Positions 1 to 13,389 of a stretch of 64,000 bases of DNA are shown in pieces (positions within the stretch are counted from its first letter, which is position 1; the number at the start of each line of letters is the position of its first letter). A model generated the notes under the pieces. The model did not search any database, was not told the origin of the DNA, and was given only the letters and a program-made list of their open reading frames with translations. This DNA is from Macrostomum lignano. Taxonomy: Eukaryota. The translations under genes and the position numbers were made by a program. The stretch lies in the NCBI GenBank assembly GCA_002269645.1, contig NIVC01000340.1:358087-422086 (forward strand), read 5' to 3'.

Positions 1-2876
1 TCTAGTGTTAGTAGGTGTAATTATCTAGTGTTAGTGTAATTATTCAGTGTCAGTAGGTGTAATTATCTAGTGTCAGTAGGTGTAATTATCTAGTGTCAGT
101 AGGTGTAATTATCTAATGTCAGTAGGTGTAATTATCTAGTATCAGTAGGTGTAATTATCTAGTGTCAGTGGATGCAATTATCTTGTGTCAGTAGGTGTAA
201 TTATCTAGTGTCAGTAGGTGTAATTATCTAGTATCAGTAGGTGTAATTATCTAGTGTCAGTGGATGCAATTATCTAGTGTCAGTGGATGTAATTATCTAG
301 TGTCAGTGGATGTAATTATCTAGTGTCAGTGGATGCAATTATCTAGTGTCAGTGGATGTAATTATCTAGTGTCAGTGGATGCAATTATCTAGTGTCAGTG
401 GATGTAATTATCTAGTGTTAGTGTAATTATTCAGTGTCAGTAGGTGTAATTATCTAGTGTCAGTAGGTGTAATTATCTAATGTCAGTGGATGCAATTATC
501 TAGTGTCAGTAGCTGTAATTATTCAGTTTCAGTAGGTGTAATTATCTAGTGTCAGTAGGTGTAATTATCTAGTGTCAGTAGGTGTAATTATCTAATGTCA
601 GTAGGTGTAATTATCTAGTATCAGTAGGTGTAATTATCTAGTGTCAGTGGATGCAATTATCTTGTGTCAGTAGGTGTAATTATCTAGTGTTAGTGTAATT
701 ATTATTCAGTGTCAGTAGGTGTAATTATCTAGTGTCAGTAGGTGTAATTATCTAGTGTCAGTGGATGTAATTATCTAGTGTCAGTAGGTGTAATTATTCA
801 GTGTCAGTAGGTGTAATTATCTAGTGTCAGTAGGTGTAATTATCTAGTTTCAGTAGGTGTAATTATCTAGTGTCAGTGGGTGTAATTATCTTGTGTCAGT
901 AGGTGTAATTATCTAGTGTTAGTAGGTGTAATTATCTAGTGTTAGTGTAGTTATTCAGTGTCAGTAGGTGTAATTATCTAGTGTCAGTAGGTGTAATTAT
1001 CTAGTGTCAGTAGGTGTAATTATCTAATGTCAGTAGGTGTAATTATCTAGTATCAGTAGGTGTAATTATCTAGTGTCAGTGGATGCAATTATCTTGTGTC
1101 AGTAGGTGTAATTATCTAGTGTTAGTGTAATTATTCAGTGTCAGTAGGTGTAATTATCTAGTGTCAGTAGGTGTAATTATCTAGTGTCAGTAGGTGTAAT
1201 TATCTAGTGTCAGTGGATGTAATTATCTAGTGTCAGTAGGTGTAATTATCTAGTGTCAGTAGGTGTAATTATCTAGTGTCAGTAGGTGTAATTATCTAGT
1301 GTCAGTAGGTGTAATTATCTAGTGTCAGTAGGTGTAATTATCTAGTGTCAGTGGATGCAATTATCTTGTGTCAGTAGGTGTAATTATCTAGTGTTAGTGT
1401 AATTATTCAGTGTCACTAGGTGTAATTATCTAGTGTCAGTAGGTGTAATTATCTAGTGTCAGTGGGTGTAATTATCTTGTGTCAGTAGGTGTAATTATCT
1501 AGTGTTAGTAGGTGTAATTATCTAGTGTCAGTGGATGCAATTATCTTGTGTCAGTAGGTGTAATTATCTAGTGTCAGTGGATGTAATTATCTAGTGTCAG
1601 TAGGTGTAATTATCTAGTGTCAGTAGGTGTAATTATCTAGTGTCAGTAGGTGTAATTATCTAGTGTCAGTGGATGTAATTATCTAGTGTCAATAGGTGTA
1701 ATTATCTTGTGTCAGTAGGTGTAATTATCTAGTGTCAGTAGGTGTAATTATCTAGTGTCAGTAGGTGTAATTATCTTGTGTCAGTAGGTGTAATTATCTA
1801 GTGTCAGTGGATGTAATTATCTAGTGTCAGTAGGTGTAATTATCTAGTGTCAGTAGGTGTAATTATCTAGTGTCAGTAGGTGTAATTATCTAGTGTCAGT
1901 GGATGTAATTATCTAGTGTCAGTAGGTGTAATTATCTAGTGTCAGTAGGCGTAATTATCTAGTGTCAGTAGGTGTAATTATCTAGAGTCAGTAGGAGTAA
2001 TTATCTAGTGTCAGTAGGTGTAATTATCTAGTATCAGTAGGCGTAATTATCTAGTGTCAGTAGGTGTAATTATCTAGTGTCAGTAGGTGTAATTATCTAG
2101 TTTCAGTAGGTGTAATTATCTAGTGTCAGTAGGTGTAATTATCTAGTGTCAGTAGGTGTAATTATCTAGTGTCAGTAGGTGTAATTATCTAGTGTTAGTG
2201 TAATTATCTAGTGTCAGTAGGTGTAATTATCTAGTGTCAGTGGATGTAATTATCTAGTATCAGGTGTAATTATCTAGTTTCAGTAGGTGTAATTATCTAG
2301 TGTCAGTAGGTGTAATTATCTAGTGTCAGTAGGTGTAATTATCTAGTGTCAGTAGGTGTAATTATCTAGTGTCAGTAGGTGTAATTATCTAGTGTTAGTG
2401 TAATTATCTAGTGTCAGTAGGTGTAATTTTCTAGTGTCAGTAGGTGTAATTATCTAGTGTCAGTAGGTGTAATTATCTAGTGTTAGTGTAATTATCTAGT
2501 GTCAGTAGGTGTAATTATCTAGTGTCAGTAGGTGTAATTATCTAGTGTTAGTGTAATTATCTAGTGTCAGTAGGTGTAATTATCTAGTGTCAGTATGTGT
2601 AATTATCTAGTGTCAGTAGGTGTAATTATCTAGTGTTAGTGTAATTATCTAGTGTCAGTAGGTGTAATTATCTAGTGTCAGTGGATGTAATTATCTAGTA
2701 TCAGGTGTAATTATCTAGTTTCAGTAGGTGTAATTATCTAGTGTCAGTAGGTGTAATTATCTAGTGTCAGTAGGAGTAATTATCTAGTGTCAGTAGGTGT
2801 AATTATCTAGTGTCAGTGGATGTAATTATCTAGTATCAGGTGTAATTATCTAGTGTCAGTAGGTGTAATTATCTAG
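1..2876. repeat. 23-bp minisatellite (GTGTCAGTAGGTGTAATTATCTA)n, ~120 copies, intronic in NUP160, truncated by window start
   Basis: Directly visible tandem array with minor variants (GGATG/AGGTG, short deletions), ending ~100 bp before the splice acceptor at 2976-2977. Confidence 0.97.
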
Positions 2877-2977
2877 TGTCAGCAAGTGTCAGATCGAGTG
2901 TCAGCAAGTGTCAGATCGAGTGTCAGCAGGGTCCACAATCACTTACGAGTGTCTGTACTCCATTTCAACCCTCTCAG

Positions 2978-5068
2978 GCTCGCCCGGTTCGCGTGCTCAC
3001 GCTGGCCGACCTTGAGCACCGTTACGCTATCCTGAGCGCCCACCTGCAACTCTCTCTGCGTCATCCGTCGGCAACGTCAACAACGGCATCGGCTTCCGCC
3101 GCCGCAGCAGCCGCAGCCACCGCTGCCAATTCCACGCTCGGCCTAGACGAACTTGTCGCCGACTTGCTGTCCGTAGGGCTCTACCACGAAGCCAAATGCC
3201 TGCTGCGCCGCTGCAACAGGGCGCCGACCCCGCTGTTGGAATCTTTGGCCGGAGCTGCCGTCACCGCCAGCGGCTACGTGTCCACCACCGAGGAATCGTT
3301 TGCCGCCATCAAGGAGGCCCTGGAAGAAGAAGGCGCGTCAGCCGAGGGCGCTAGTCCAGCTGACTGTCTGTGGTCGCTGTTGCAGGTAAGACATTACTGT
3401 CACTTCCCAGATCCCTAATTAGGCTATGATCCCAGATCCTCAACTAGGCTATGATCCCAGATCCTCAATTAGGCTATTATACCAGATCCTCAATTAGGCT
3501 ATGATCCCAGATCCTCAATTAGGCTTTGATCCCAGATTCCTAATTAGACTATTATCTCAGATTCCTTTTAGACCATGGTCCCAGCTACCCAATTAGGCTA
3601 TGATCCCAGATCTTTAATTTGGCTATGATCCCAGATCCCTAATTGGGCTATGATCCCAGATCCCTAATTAGGCTATAATCAAAGATCCTCAATTAGGCTA
3701 TGATTCCAGATTCTCAATTTGGGCATGGTCCCAGATTCCTAATTAGACTATGATCCCAGATCCCTAATTAGGCTATAATTAAAGATCCTCAATTAGGCTA
3801 TGATTCCAGATTCTCAATTTGAGCATGGTCCCAGCTTCCTAATTAGGCTATGATTCCAGATCCCTAATTAGGCTATGATCCCAGATTCCTAATTAGGCTA
3901 TGATCCCAGATCCCTAATTAGGCTATGATCCCAGATCCCTAATTAGGCTATAATCAAAGATCCTCAATTAGGCTATGATTCCAGATTCTCAATTTGACTA
4001 TGATCCGTTTCTCAATTAGGCTGTGATCCTAGATCCTTAATTTGGCTATGATCCCAGATCCCTAATTGGGCTATGATCCCAGATCCCTAATTAGGCTATA
4101 ATTAAAGATCCTCAATTAGGCTATGATTCCAGATTCTCAATTTGAGCATGGTCCCAGCTTCCTAATTAGGCTATGATCCCAGATCCCTTATTAGTCTATG
4201 ATCCCAGATTCCTAATTAGGCTATGATCCTAGATCCCTAATTAGGCTATGATCCCAGATCCCTAATTAGGCTATAATCAAAGATCCTCAATTAGGCTATG
4301 AAAGTATCAGATTAAACATGCCTTTTGAGGGAGTTATTTGTATAAATCACGAGGGCCTGAGGCCCGAGAGATTTATGAAAATAACTCCCGAAAAAGGCAT
4401 GTGTAATCTCGTATAAACCATAGACATAAAGACTTTACGGGATATTATTGAATATTACCAAATAAAATCCCGGAGAACGCAAATACTGTCACGGAAAGTC
4501 TTTATTTCTATGGATTATTTCCAGATTCTCAATTTGACTATGATCCGTTTCTCAATTAGGCTGTGATCCTAGATCCTTAATTTGGCTATGATCCCAGATC
4601 CCTAATTAGTCTATGGTCTAAGATATAGAGAACATATTAAGCCAATTCCTCTATCATGCTCCACAGCTCTACACCGAGCGCTACGATTGGCCAGGCGCTC
4701 CCGGTCTGGAAGCGATCGTTCGTCGTCTACTTCTACTAGACTATCCCCTGCCAGCCTGGCTGATCAAGCTGTACACCGAGCGGGATCCGGCCGGCCTACT
4801 CCGGCTGTACATCGCTCACGATCGAGTTGAAGAGGCAGCCGAATTGAGTCGTCGCCTAGTTGAGTCGGCTCGCTTAGCAGCGCTCGAGTCGGGGAGGTCT
4901 GCAACAGCGGCTCCGCAGCGCTGCCTGCCCTACACCCAGATACTGCAGGTGCGCGAAGGCCTTCGTTTATTAGGGCCGCCTGCACAGCCTTGGTACGCCA
5001 AGTTGCAGGCCAGTCTGATTGATTATAAGAGTGCTTGCGATGATCGACTGCGTCAGCTGGTTGTTTAA
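2978..5068 (+). CDS. NUP160: Nuclear pore protein Nup160, last two coding exons: join(2978..3385,4667..5068); 5' part lies outside the window
   Basis: ctctcAG|GCT acceptor, CAG|GTAAGA donor, ccacAG|CTC acceptor, all phase 0. VLTLADLEHRYAILSAHLQL and YPLPAWLIKLYTERDPAGLLRLYIAHDRVEEA resemble, from memory, the Nup160 C-terminus (LEDLEKE..LARIRLTL; VPLPNWLINSYKKVDAAELLRLYLNYDLLEEA). Confidence 0.85.
3404..4617. repeat. 25-bp degenerate minisatellite (GATCCCAGATCCCTAATTAGGCTAT)n in the last NUP160 intron
   Basis: Tandem units visible, interrupted at 4302-4518 by an unrelated insertion. Confidence 0.93.
4302..4518. mobile_element. 217-bp double-hairpin non-autonomous element inserted into the minisatellite, no obvious TSD
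   Basis: Empty-site version GGCTATGA|TTCCAGATTCTC is present at ~3972-3992. The insert has two imperfect inverted repeats with arms of ~40 bp and 19 bp. Confidence 0.7.
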
Positions 5069-8000
5069 ACTTAATAATTCAGCTATTTACTGTTTGACTT
5101 TAATCCGGTTTTCATTTACATTAGTTATAGTTATCCCATTGCAATAGTCATAACTCAATTTTTAAATTGTACTCTAGTTTAGCCAAAATTACTCAAATAG
5201 TTTTTGTTAACTTTCGACATTAAAAATCTAAGAATAGTATAAATCTACAGTTAGTTATTTTAGGATTTTTGTATGTATTTTGCTTCCCTTAATTGTTCTA
5301 ACTATAGTGTGTCGTATTAAAACAGCAATCTGTGCATGTTTATTTTTACTAATTTACTTAACAAGTTGACAACTAAATTTACGCTTTACAAACTTTGACT
5401 CGTCATTTTTTATTTTCATCGCGGTTCAGTTTTTTAGGGGTTATATTAGCTGTTAATTTTATTGCAACAAAAAAACTCTCATATGTCGATAATACATCTT
5501 AAAGGTTACTGTTAAACGACTTAAAAGATAAATTTGAAATAATTACTCTAGACAACACATTGAGTTAAAAATGCAATCACCATCGCAATTAATCTCTAGT
5601 AAATATGAACATAGTACCTATGATGCATTGCTCCAGACTTGTCTTTTCGGATTGCAATTTTCCGTTTCTAACTAGCTTCTTAACTGCAATGGTCCGTCCT
5701 ACTGTCCGTCTGTGTATCGTTCAGTCTTGGTCGCAGTGTTTTGATAACATTAACATGGCCGGAATACTTCATATTTATACTGTAAGCTAACTGTCTGGCA
5801 AAAATATTTTTTAATCGCTTCTTGTTTCCATAATACATAAATTATGCTTTTGATATGCTAATATAAAAATCTTTAGTTAAAATCCTTAAAGAAAAGTTGC
5901 CTAAATTAAAAATTATACTTTATTTGTCGTGGCGTCGCGCGCAGTTCTATATATCTGTCGCCTGTCAGCCTCACTTTTTACTAGCTCTCAATTGGTTCAA
6001 ATGCAACTGTGGGGTAAAGATAGGAAAGCTCAACTCTCATTTTTGTTTATTTTAAGATGCAGTTTGCATGCACCACTAGGTAGGCCTATCAGTCTATGAG
6101 TCTAATAATAATACCTAATTTTTATTTGCATTTACCATTCTTATACTTTACTGTTTACTGTTATTGGCTTAGGCTAAGCTAATTATTAGTTGATACTGAT
6201 AAACCTATCTTGGTTCGACTTGGTACTTATTCCTTAGTCTAGACTTCTAGAGCCAAAGAATTTTGTTAGGCATATCAAAATTTTTAATATAATTTTATTT
6301 TCTAGCAAAAATTTAAGTCAAATAACTACTTATTGTGTCTATGTCTATATACTAAGTGGCAATTGCCCAAGGCCTACGCTTAGCTTTTTACCAAAGTTGT
6401 AAGCTAACTTTTAATACCTATAACTATATTCAAAGTTCTATATTTTATATTTATCAATATTTATCAATAGGCTGCCTAATATCAACAAATTTGAGCTCTG
6501 TTTTTTTAATTATTTTTTTGACTTTGTTAGGCCTATGCAAATAAAATTTAGACCTTAGTGATTAGGCCCCCTAGTCATTTTGTTAACTCATTTGACATTT
6601 ACAAATAATGCTATATAGATAAGCCTCTATAAAAAAATCTATATCTTAAAAATATTATATTATGTTAAACACACCAAGATGGCCACAGCTTTAAATTAGA
6701 TAATAAGCCTAGGACCTAGGTCTATATATTTCACTCATTTCCTATTGGTAATAATTTGTATTAGATATAGATCTTCAAGTGTTAGGCATAGGGAGATAGA
6801 TGCTATAATAGAATTATGTTATATTAAAAATATTCCCTTTGGCTTTGGCTTTAGCTTTTATTGTAGCCTGACCTATATAAAAATATAGATATTTATCTAC
6901 TAAATAAAGCAAGTAGCCAATTACAAAATAAATATCTTATTGTATATTTATTCCATTTTTTGATAGCAATACTAATAGCAATGGTTTTTTGATAAATTGA
7001 TAGTAATAGATTTGATAGATATAATGATAAAAAATTAGCACAGACACTGAAAATATTTTGTGTATTATGCCTTTTAGATAGGATGGTAAAAAGAGAATAG
7101 ATATAATCTTGTGCAGGTGCACATTTTATTTTTTTACTTTCTATATAGAATGCATTATATTTAGGATGAATTTCACCCTGGTTTATAAAGGCTAATTATG
7201 CAAATTTTTTTAGATGCATTTGTTTCAATAATAGGTCTTATTAAAATATTATAGGCCCTAAAAATATTGTTTAAAATAGCACTAAGAAACCCATTTTATA
7301 AAGTACATAGGCCACCAACAAAATAACTTATTTTCTACCTTCTACATGCACAATAGTTGGCCAATCTGGCTGACCAATCTGGCGGCCAATCAAGGTAAGT
7401 CACAAAAATGCCCACCCAAAAAACATTAAAGTAGTACTAAGTAGATAATGAGGCATTTTGCCTTAATAAAACAGTCATAGTTACTCCTACCATTTACCCA
7501 AGTTGCATTAATTTTGCTTTAGGGTTTCTTTTACATGTAAGTTGCATTTTTGGCCAAAAACTATGTCACATTTTTTGTTAAAACTAAGTCTCATGGCTGA
7601 CTGAATTTTGGAAGTTGCGCATATATGTTCTAACTTCAAGTTCATGCTTCTATTTTAAAAGAGCATTATATTTAATACTTTAGTCATTGATTTATAAGAA
7701 TATTAAAATACCTTAGCCTTAGGCAATAGGAATACTCACTACTGTCACTCTATACTCAAGAAAGTTTAGCCATTTTGAAGTACCACTTTGGTATACCATT
7801 TAACTTTAAAGATTTTTTAGTTGTACTTAAGATAAAATTATCTACTAGAAAGTAAAAACATCACAATTAGATATAAGACAAATATTTGGAATGTTTGGAA
7901 CCAAATTAAATCATTAGTTCAAAAGTAAAGAATTAGAAAGTTGAATAATCTAAATACCAAGTACCAATTACTTATTTTAATATTAGGCAAAGAAATGGAA

Positions 8001-8945
8001 CAAGATAAGTTAAGTAATGGTATATAGGTGTTGTGGCTCATAAAGGGAAGGAATTAGGGATAGTTGTGCTCTAAGGAAAGATAAAAGGATTTGAGATGTA
8101 ACAATTCAGTAAATTGTGTTAAAATTTAAGAAGGTTTAGAAGGAAAGGAAGAATAAAAAGTTTGATTTTAAAAAGTTAAAAGTGTTAGGGGTTGTGGGCT
8201 TGTGACTCATAAATGAGGAAAAAGAATCAAGAATGGGATAACACATAGCATTTTTTGAGGAATGGTGGGGATGCTTAAAGCAGTTATGCATATTGTGCTC
8301 AGATTTAAGGCTTTAGGAAAATTGGAGCATTAAGAGTGAGTTTATAGAACATGAATTTGGTGGCATTGAATCTCACAAGTTGGATGGTTAAGGTTAGAAT
8401 TTGGTCTGGATGCATTTCATTGGATGGGAAGTAAAGATGCAGACTATTTGTTGAGGGCTGCTAAATGAAATAGGACTAGGTATTAAATATCATGTGCTTC
8501 TAGCAGTGAATAGTGAATAATGACAATTATCTAGAATGATTCATTCAACTATCAATTAGCACTACTGACAAGTGATGGGTGAGTAGTGATGTAAGCATAT
8601 TATTGATGTAAAAATTTATACTTCATACTATTCAATATTCAAATCAGTTCTATCAGATATTTGAATGAAAAAAATCATTTTGTTTTATATCTAATCTAGA
8701 TTCAAAATCTAAGAACTCATCTCAAAGCAAAATAAGTATGTATTAGCTTAAGTTGTGATCCTTTGATCTGAGTAATACTAGTACATTAAGGGTTAGTGTG
8801 TATTATCGAAATAGTATCTTATTGTCTTTTTTATGTAACTCATCAAGCAAGCTTACCTTAGCTTGACATTGGCTCTTATGAGACCAAACAATTTAATTAT
8901 AATCTATATCAAAAGTACATCTTGAACAAAAAGAAAAAAGAAGCA

Positions 8946-11900
8946 ATGAAAAATCGCTTAAAGCTTCTGTGTGTATTTGGCTGCTTTCTATGCTACTTCT
9001 TTGCTGACGGTTGCACCTATTCGTTTGGCCTGCTGTATCCGGAGCTCCTAGCCAACTTCAATCAGACTAATAGTCATGTGGCATTCTTATCTGGACTGAT
9101 ATATGGCATACCGCAGATATTGGCGCCCATCGTGTGCCATCTGCAGCATACATTCGGCTGTAGTCGAATAGCATTTGTCAGTGCATTCCTTCTGCTGGTG
9201 TCATATTCTTCCGGCTACTATGCTACTAGGATTGAACTGCTCTGGCTGTCTGTCGGTGTATTTACTAGTTTAGGTCTGGAGTGCGGCTACATATCCGGTA
9301 TTATGTTTGTATCCACTTACTACAATAAGCGCAGAGCATTGTTTACTGGTATTACCACAGCTGGTGGCGGCGTTGGAATCTTCTGTTTAACTTATCTGTT
9401 GGCATTTCTCACGGAAAAATTCACTTATCGAGGCGCCATGCTGTTAGTAGCCGGTCTCTGCTTCAATGTAGCCGTCAGTGCTAGTCTGTTTTTATCCTAC
9501 GAAAGATCTTTAAAGGTTAAAAAATCGTCTGCAAATCGTCGGCATAGTCAACAAAATGTCGACGGGGAACAAGTTGGATTCTGCGTCGGTTTGTGTCAAT
9601 CCTTTGCCGGAGGTCGGGCGGCTGTCAGGCCGAGATTGCTGATATTCTGCGCCTGTCACAGTCTCATTAGCATGTGGGTGATGCTGCCCTGGACGCTGTT
9701 TTACACTCACGCCACTGGTTATGGTCAATTGAATGCAGCAGAGGTCAGTTCTTTAGAGTTGTTAACTCTATCAACTCTTATGCCGAAATGTCCGTAAGGA
9801 ATCGCCCTCAGACATCGCTAAGGAATCGCTCTCAACCATTTCTAAGAAATCGCCCCGAAATATCGCTGAGGAATTGCCCTCATACATCATTAAGGAATTG
9901 CCCTAAGACATCGCTAAGGATTCCCCCTCATACATCGCTGAGGAATCGCCCTCATACATCATTAAGGATTCCCCCTCAGACATCGCTAAGGATTCGCCTT
10001 CATATATCGCGTCGCTAAGGATTCCCCCTCATACATCGCTGAGGAATCGCCCTCATACATCATTAAGGAATCGCCCTCAGACATCGCTAAGGAATCGCCC
10101 TCAGAAATCTCTAAGAAATCACCCTCAGACATCGCCAAGGAATCACCCTCAGATATCGCTAAGGAATCGCCATAAAAACATCGCTGATGAATTACCCCAA
10201 AACGTAGGTTAGAAATCGCCCCTACCCCTCCCAAAACAGTCGACGGCGCGCCACTAAAGTTCAGTTCCTTTAAGTCGAACACAAGCTTGGAGTCTCAAAA
10301 CTGTTTGTAGTGCCTGATTGCTCAATGTTCTCTTCTATTCCCATCCCAGGCATCCGGTCTGCAGTCAGCTATGGGCCTGCTAACAGCTCTTGGTCAAATT
10401 GCCTGGGGTTTCGCTGGCGACAGAGCCAACCCGCTGTACCTTCTCTGTCTGTGCATGCTATTGGCTGGCGCCTGCTGCGCCCTGATTGGCTGGGCTGTTG
10501 GCCTAGCCAGCCTGGTACCAATTTGCGTTGTCTACGCCCTGACCAATGGCGGCCTTGTATCGTTGCTCACCGTCTGTTTAATACGATTATCCGGTTTATC
10601 GAATTTGCACGTGACTCTTAGCGTTGCATCGGTATTGGGCGGGGCAACCTCGTTGGCTGGTACCTCGATAGCTGGACTGATTGCCGATCGGTTTGGTTAC
10701 CAGGTGAGGGCATTGATCAGCTGGTCACAGGTGTGATTGGGGATCATGACCGATGGATGAGCTGGTCACAGGTGTCATTATCTGTTATGACCCTTAGATC
10801 AGCTGGTCACAGGTATTGTTATGTGTTATGACTCTTAGATCAGCTGGTCACAGGTGTGATTGGGGATCATTACCGATGGATGAGCTGGTCACAGGTGTCA
10901 TTTTGTGTTATGACCCTTAGATAAGCTGGTCACATGTGTGATTGTGGATCATGACCGATGGATGAGCTGGTCATAGGTGTGATTATCAATCATGACCGAT
11001 GGATGAGCTGGTCGCAGGTGTGATTATCAATCATAACCGATGGATGAGCTGGTCGCAGGTGTGATTATCAATCATGACCGATGGATGAGCTGGTCGCAGG
11101 TGTGATTATCAATCATGACCGATGGATGAGCTGGTCGCAGGTGTGATTATCAATCATGACCGATGGATGAGCTGGTCGCAGGTGTGATTATCAATCATGA
11201 CCGATGGATGAGCTGGTCACAGGTGTGATTATCAATCATGACCGATGGATGAGCTGGTCGCAGGTGTAATTATCAATCATGACCGATGGATGAGCTGGTC
11301 GCAGGTGTGATTATCAATCATGACCGATGGATGAGCTGGTCGCAGGTGTGATTATCAATCATGACCGATGGATGAGCTGGTCGCAGGTGTGATTATCAAT
11401 CATGACCGATGGATGAGCTGGTCGCAGGTGTGATTATCAATCATGACCGATGGATGAGCTGGTCGCAGGTGTGATTATCAATCATGACCGATGGATGAGC
11501 TGGTCGCAGGTGTGATTATCAATCATGACCGATGGATGAGCTGGTCGCAGGTGTGATTATCAATCATGACCGATGGATGAGCTGGTCGCAGGTGTGATTA
11601 TCAATCATGACCGATGGATGAGCTGGTCGCAGGTGTGATTATCAATCATGACCGATGGATGAGCTGGTCGCAGGTGTGATTATCAATCATGACCGATGGA
11701 TGAGCTGGTCGCAGGTGTGATTATCAATCATGACCGATTAATGAGCTGGTCGCAGGTGTGATTATCAATCATGACCGATAGATGAATATGATAAATATTT
11801 AATATCCCATGTACATTTCTATAAACAATTTAATTGATTGAACGCTTGAACAGGCCGCTCTATGGACAGCTGGCGGAGCTGTTTGCGTAACATCCGTAGC

Positions 11901-12090
11901 TTTGGCTGCTTTTGTAGCCAGCTTTGACAGGCAGTTACTGGTTCGTAACGATGACAACGCCGACAATGCCGCGTCTGTTGGCGATGCCGATATGGACGAA
12001 ACCAAGACGCCCATGAAGCCGCGGAATAGCGATGCCAATTGTGACGAGTTGAATGAGCTGGGAGATGCTTCAGTTCATGATGTGGTTTAA
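8946..12090 (+). CDS. MFS monocarboxylate-transporter-like (SLC16 family), ~462 aa: join(8946..9743,10350..10703,11854..12090)
   Basis: FADGCTYSFGLLYPELL, YYNKRRALFTGITTAGGGVG and FTYRGAMLL motifs typical of SLC16; multiple hydrophobic helices; three phase-0 exons with GT-AG boundaries. Confidence 0.88.
9790..10170. repeat. 24-bp minisatellite (AAGGAATCGCCCTCAGACATCGCT)n in MFS intron 1
   Basis: About 15 degenerate tandem units. Confidence 0.9.
10720..11780. repeat. 41-bp minisatellite (TGAGCTGGTCGCAGGTGTGATTATCAATCATGACCGATGGA)n in MFS intron 2
   Basis: About 25 units, near-perfect core and degenerate 5' edge. Confidence 0.96.
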
Positions 12091-12169
12091 CATGTCTTTT
12101 TATGTTATTCAGATTCTATAAGATCCAGTCAGTTAAGATTTGCTCAAACCAATTACTTATGGTCATTCA

Positions 12170-12730
12170 AGTAAGATTCAGGCTCTACTTCCGGTCATTG
12201 GGGAGATTCAGGCTCTACTTCCGGTCATTAGGGAGATTCAGACTCTACTTCCGGTCATTGGGGAGATTCAGGCTCTACTTCCGGTCATTAGGGAGATTCA
12301 GGCTCTACTTCCGGTCATTGGGGAGATTCAGACTCTACTTCCGGTCATTGGGGAGATTCAGACTCTACTTCCGGTCATTAGTGAGATTCAGGCTCTACTT
12401 CCGGTCATTGGGGAGATTCAGACTCTACTTCCGGTCATTGGGGAGATTCAGACTCTACTTCCGGTCATTAGGGAGATTCAGACTCTACTTCCGGTCATTA
12501 GGGAAATTCAGACTCTACTTCCGGTCATTGGGGAGATTCAGACTCTACTTCCGGTCATTAGTGAGATTCAGGCTCTACTTCCGGTCATTGGGGAGATTCA
12601 GACTCTACTTCCTGTCATTGGGGAGATTCAGACTCTACTTCCTGTCATTGGGGAGATTTAGATTCTATTTCGGGTCATTGGGGAGATTTAGATTCTATTT
12701 CGGGTCATTAAGGAGATTCAGGCTTTACTT
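12170..12730. repeat. 30-bp minisatellite (GGGAGATTCAGACTCTACTTCCGGTCATTG)n downstream of the MFS gene
   Basis: About 18 units; source of the spurious repetitive ORFs 12102/12140. Confidence 0.95.
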
Positions 12731-13389
12731 CTGGTTCCTGTTTCTTCCTGAACTTAAGGTCTCACATCCGGTAATATTTTGCTAGCCCACTCCCGCTTAC
12801 CCCTTTTACACGTGTCATTTCACAATTTTCATGCACCTTTCATTACGAGCTTAATGCATATTTTACTGTGGTAATTCTTATTGCATAGCAGTTTTTGTGT
12901 AGCTTTGATTGAGCCTATGGCTTTTCTTTTACTAGAAGTGGGCAATCACAAGCTTATTGTTTTTGCACCTCCTGTTTTGGTTGTCTTTATACGATTGCCA
13001 TGTGCTTTTATTTGTTGCTAGGGTATTAATGCACTGTCCAACTATGTTGCTTTCTTCCCCTAACTTCGCTAATTTTATGCTTTTTATTTTCTTATGACAT
13101 AAATCGCATGTTTCCATCATTTCATTTCCCATGTTTCCACCATATTCTATTCATACTTCAATTTTTTACTTAAAATTTTGAACTTCTACTGTTAGTAGTG
13201 CACAGGAGTTTTTATTCGTATCGTCTTTGTCAAAGCTTTTTTACCACTAATGTCATTCATTTCTGGAGAACAATTTTCCAGTGAACAACCGACATAAGTA
13301 AACTTTTATCTTGTTTTTTTCAAATAGAGTCATCATTCTTATTTATGTCTTGATTTTTTGAACATTTATTTATGAGGCTAAATAGCTAG

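Noticed and set aside
7980-8460. Purine-skewed segment as a decayed retroelement
   Set aside because: Only a vague resemblance in manual translation, with multiple stops; it cannot be supported without an HMM search.
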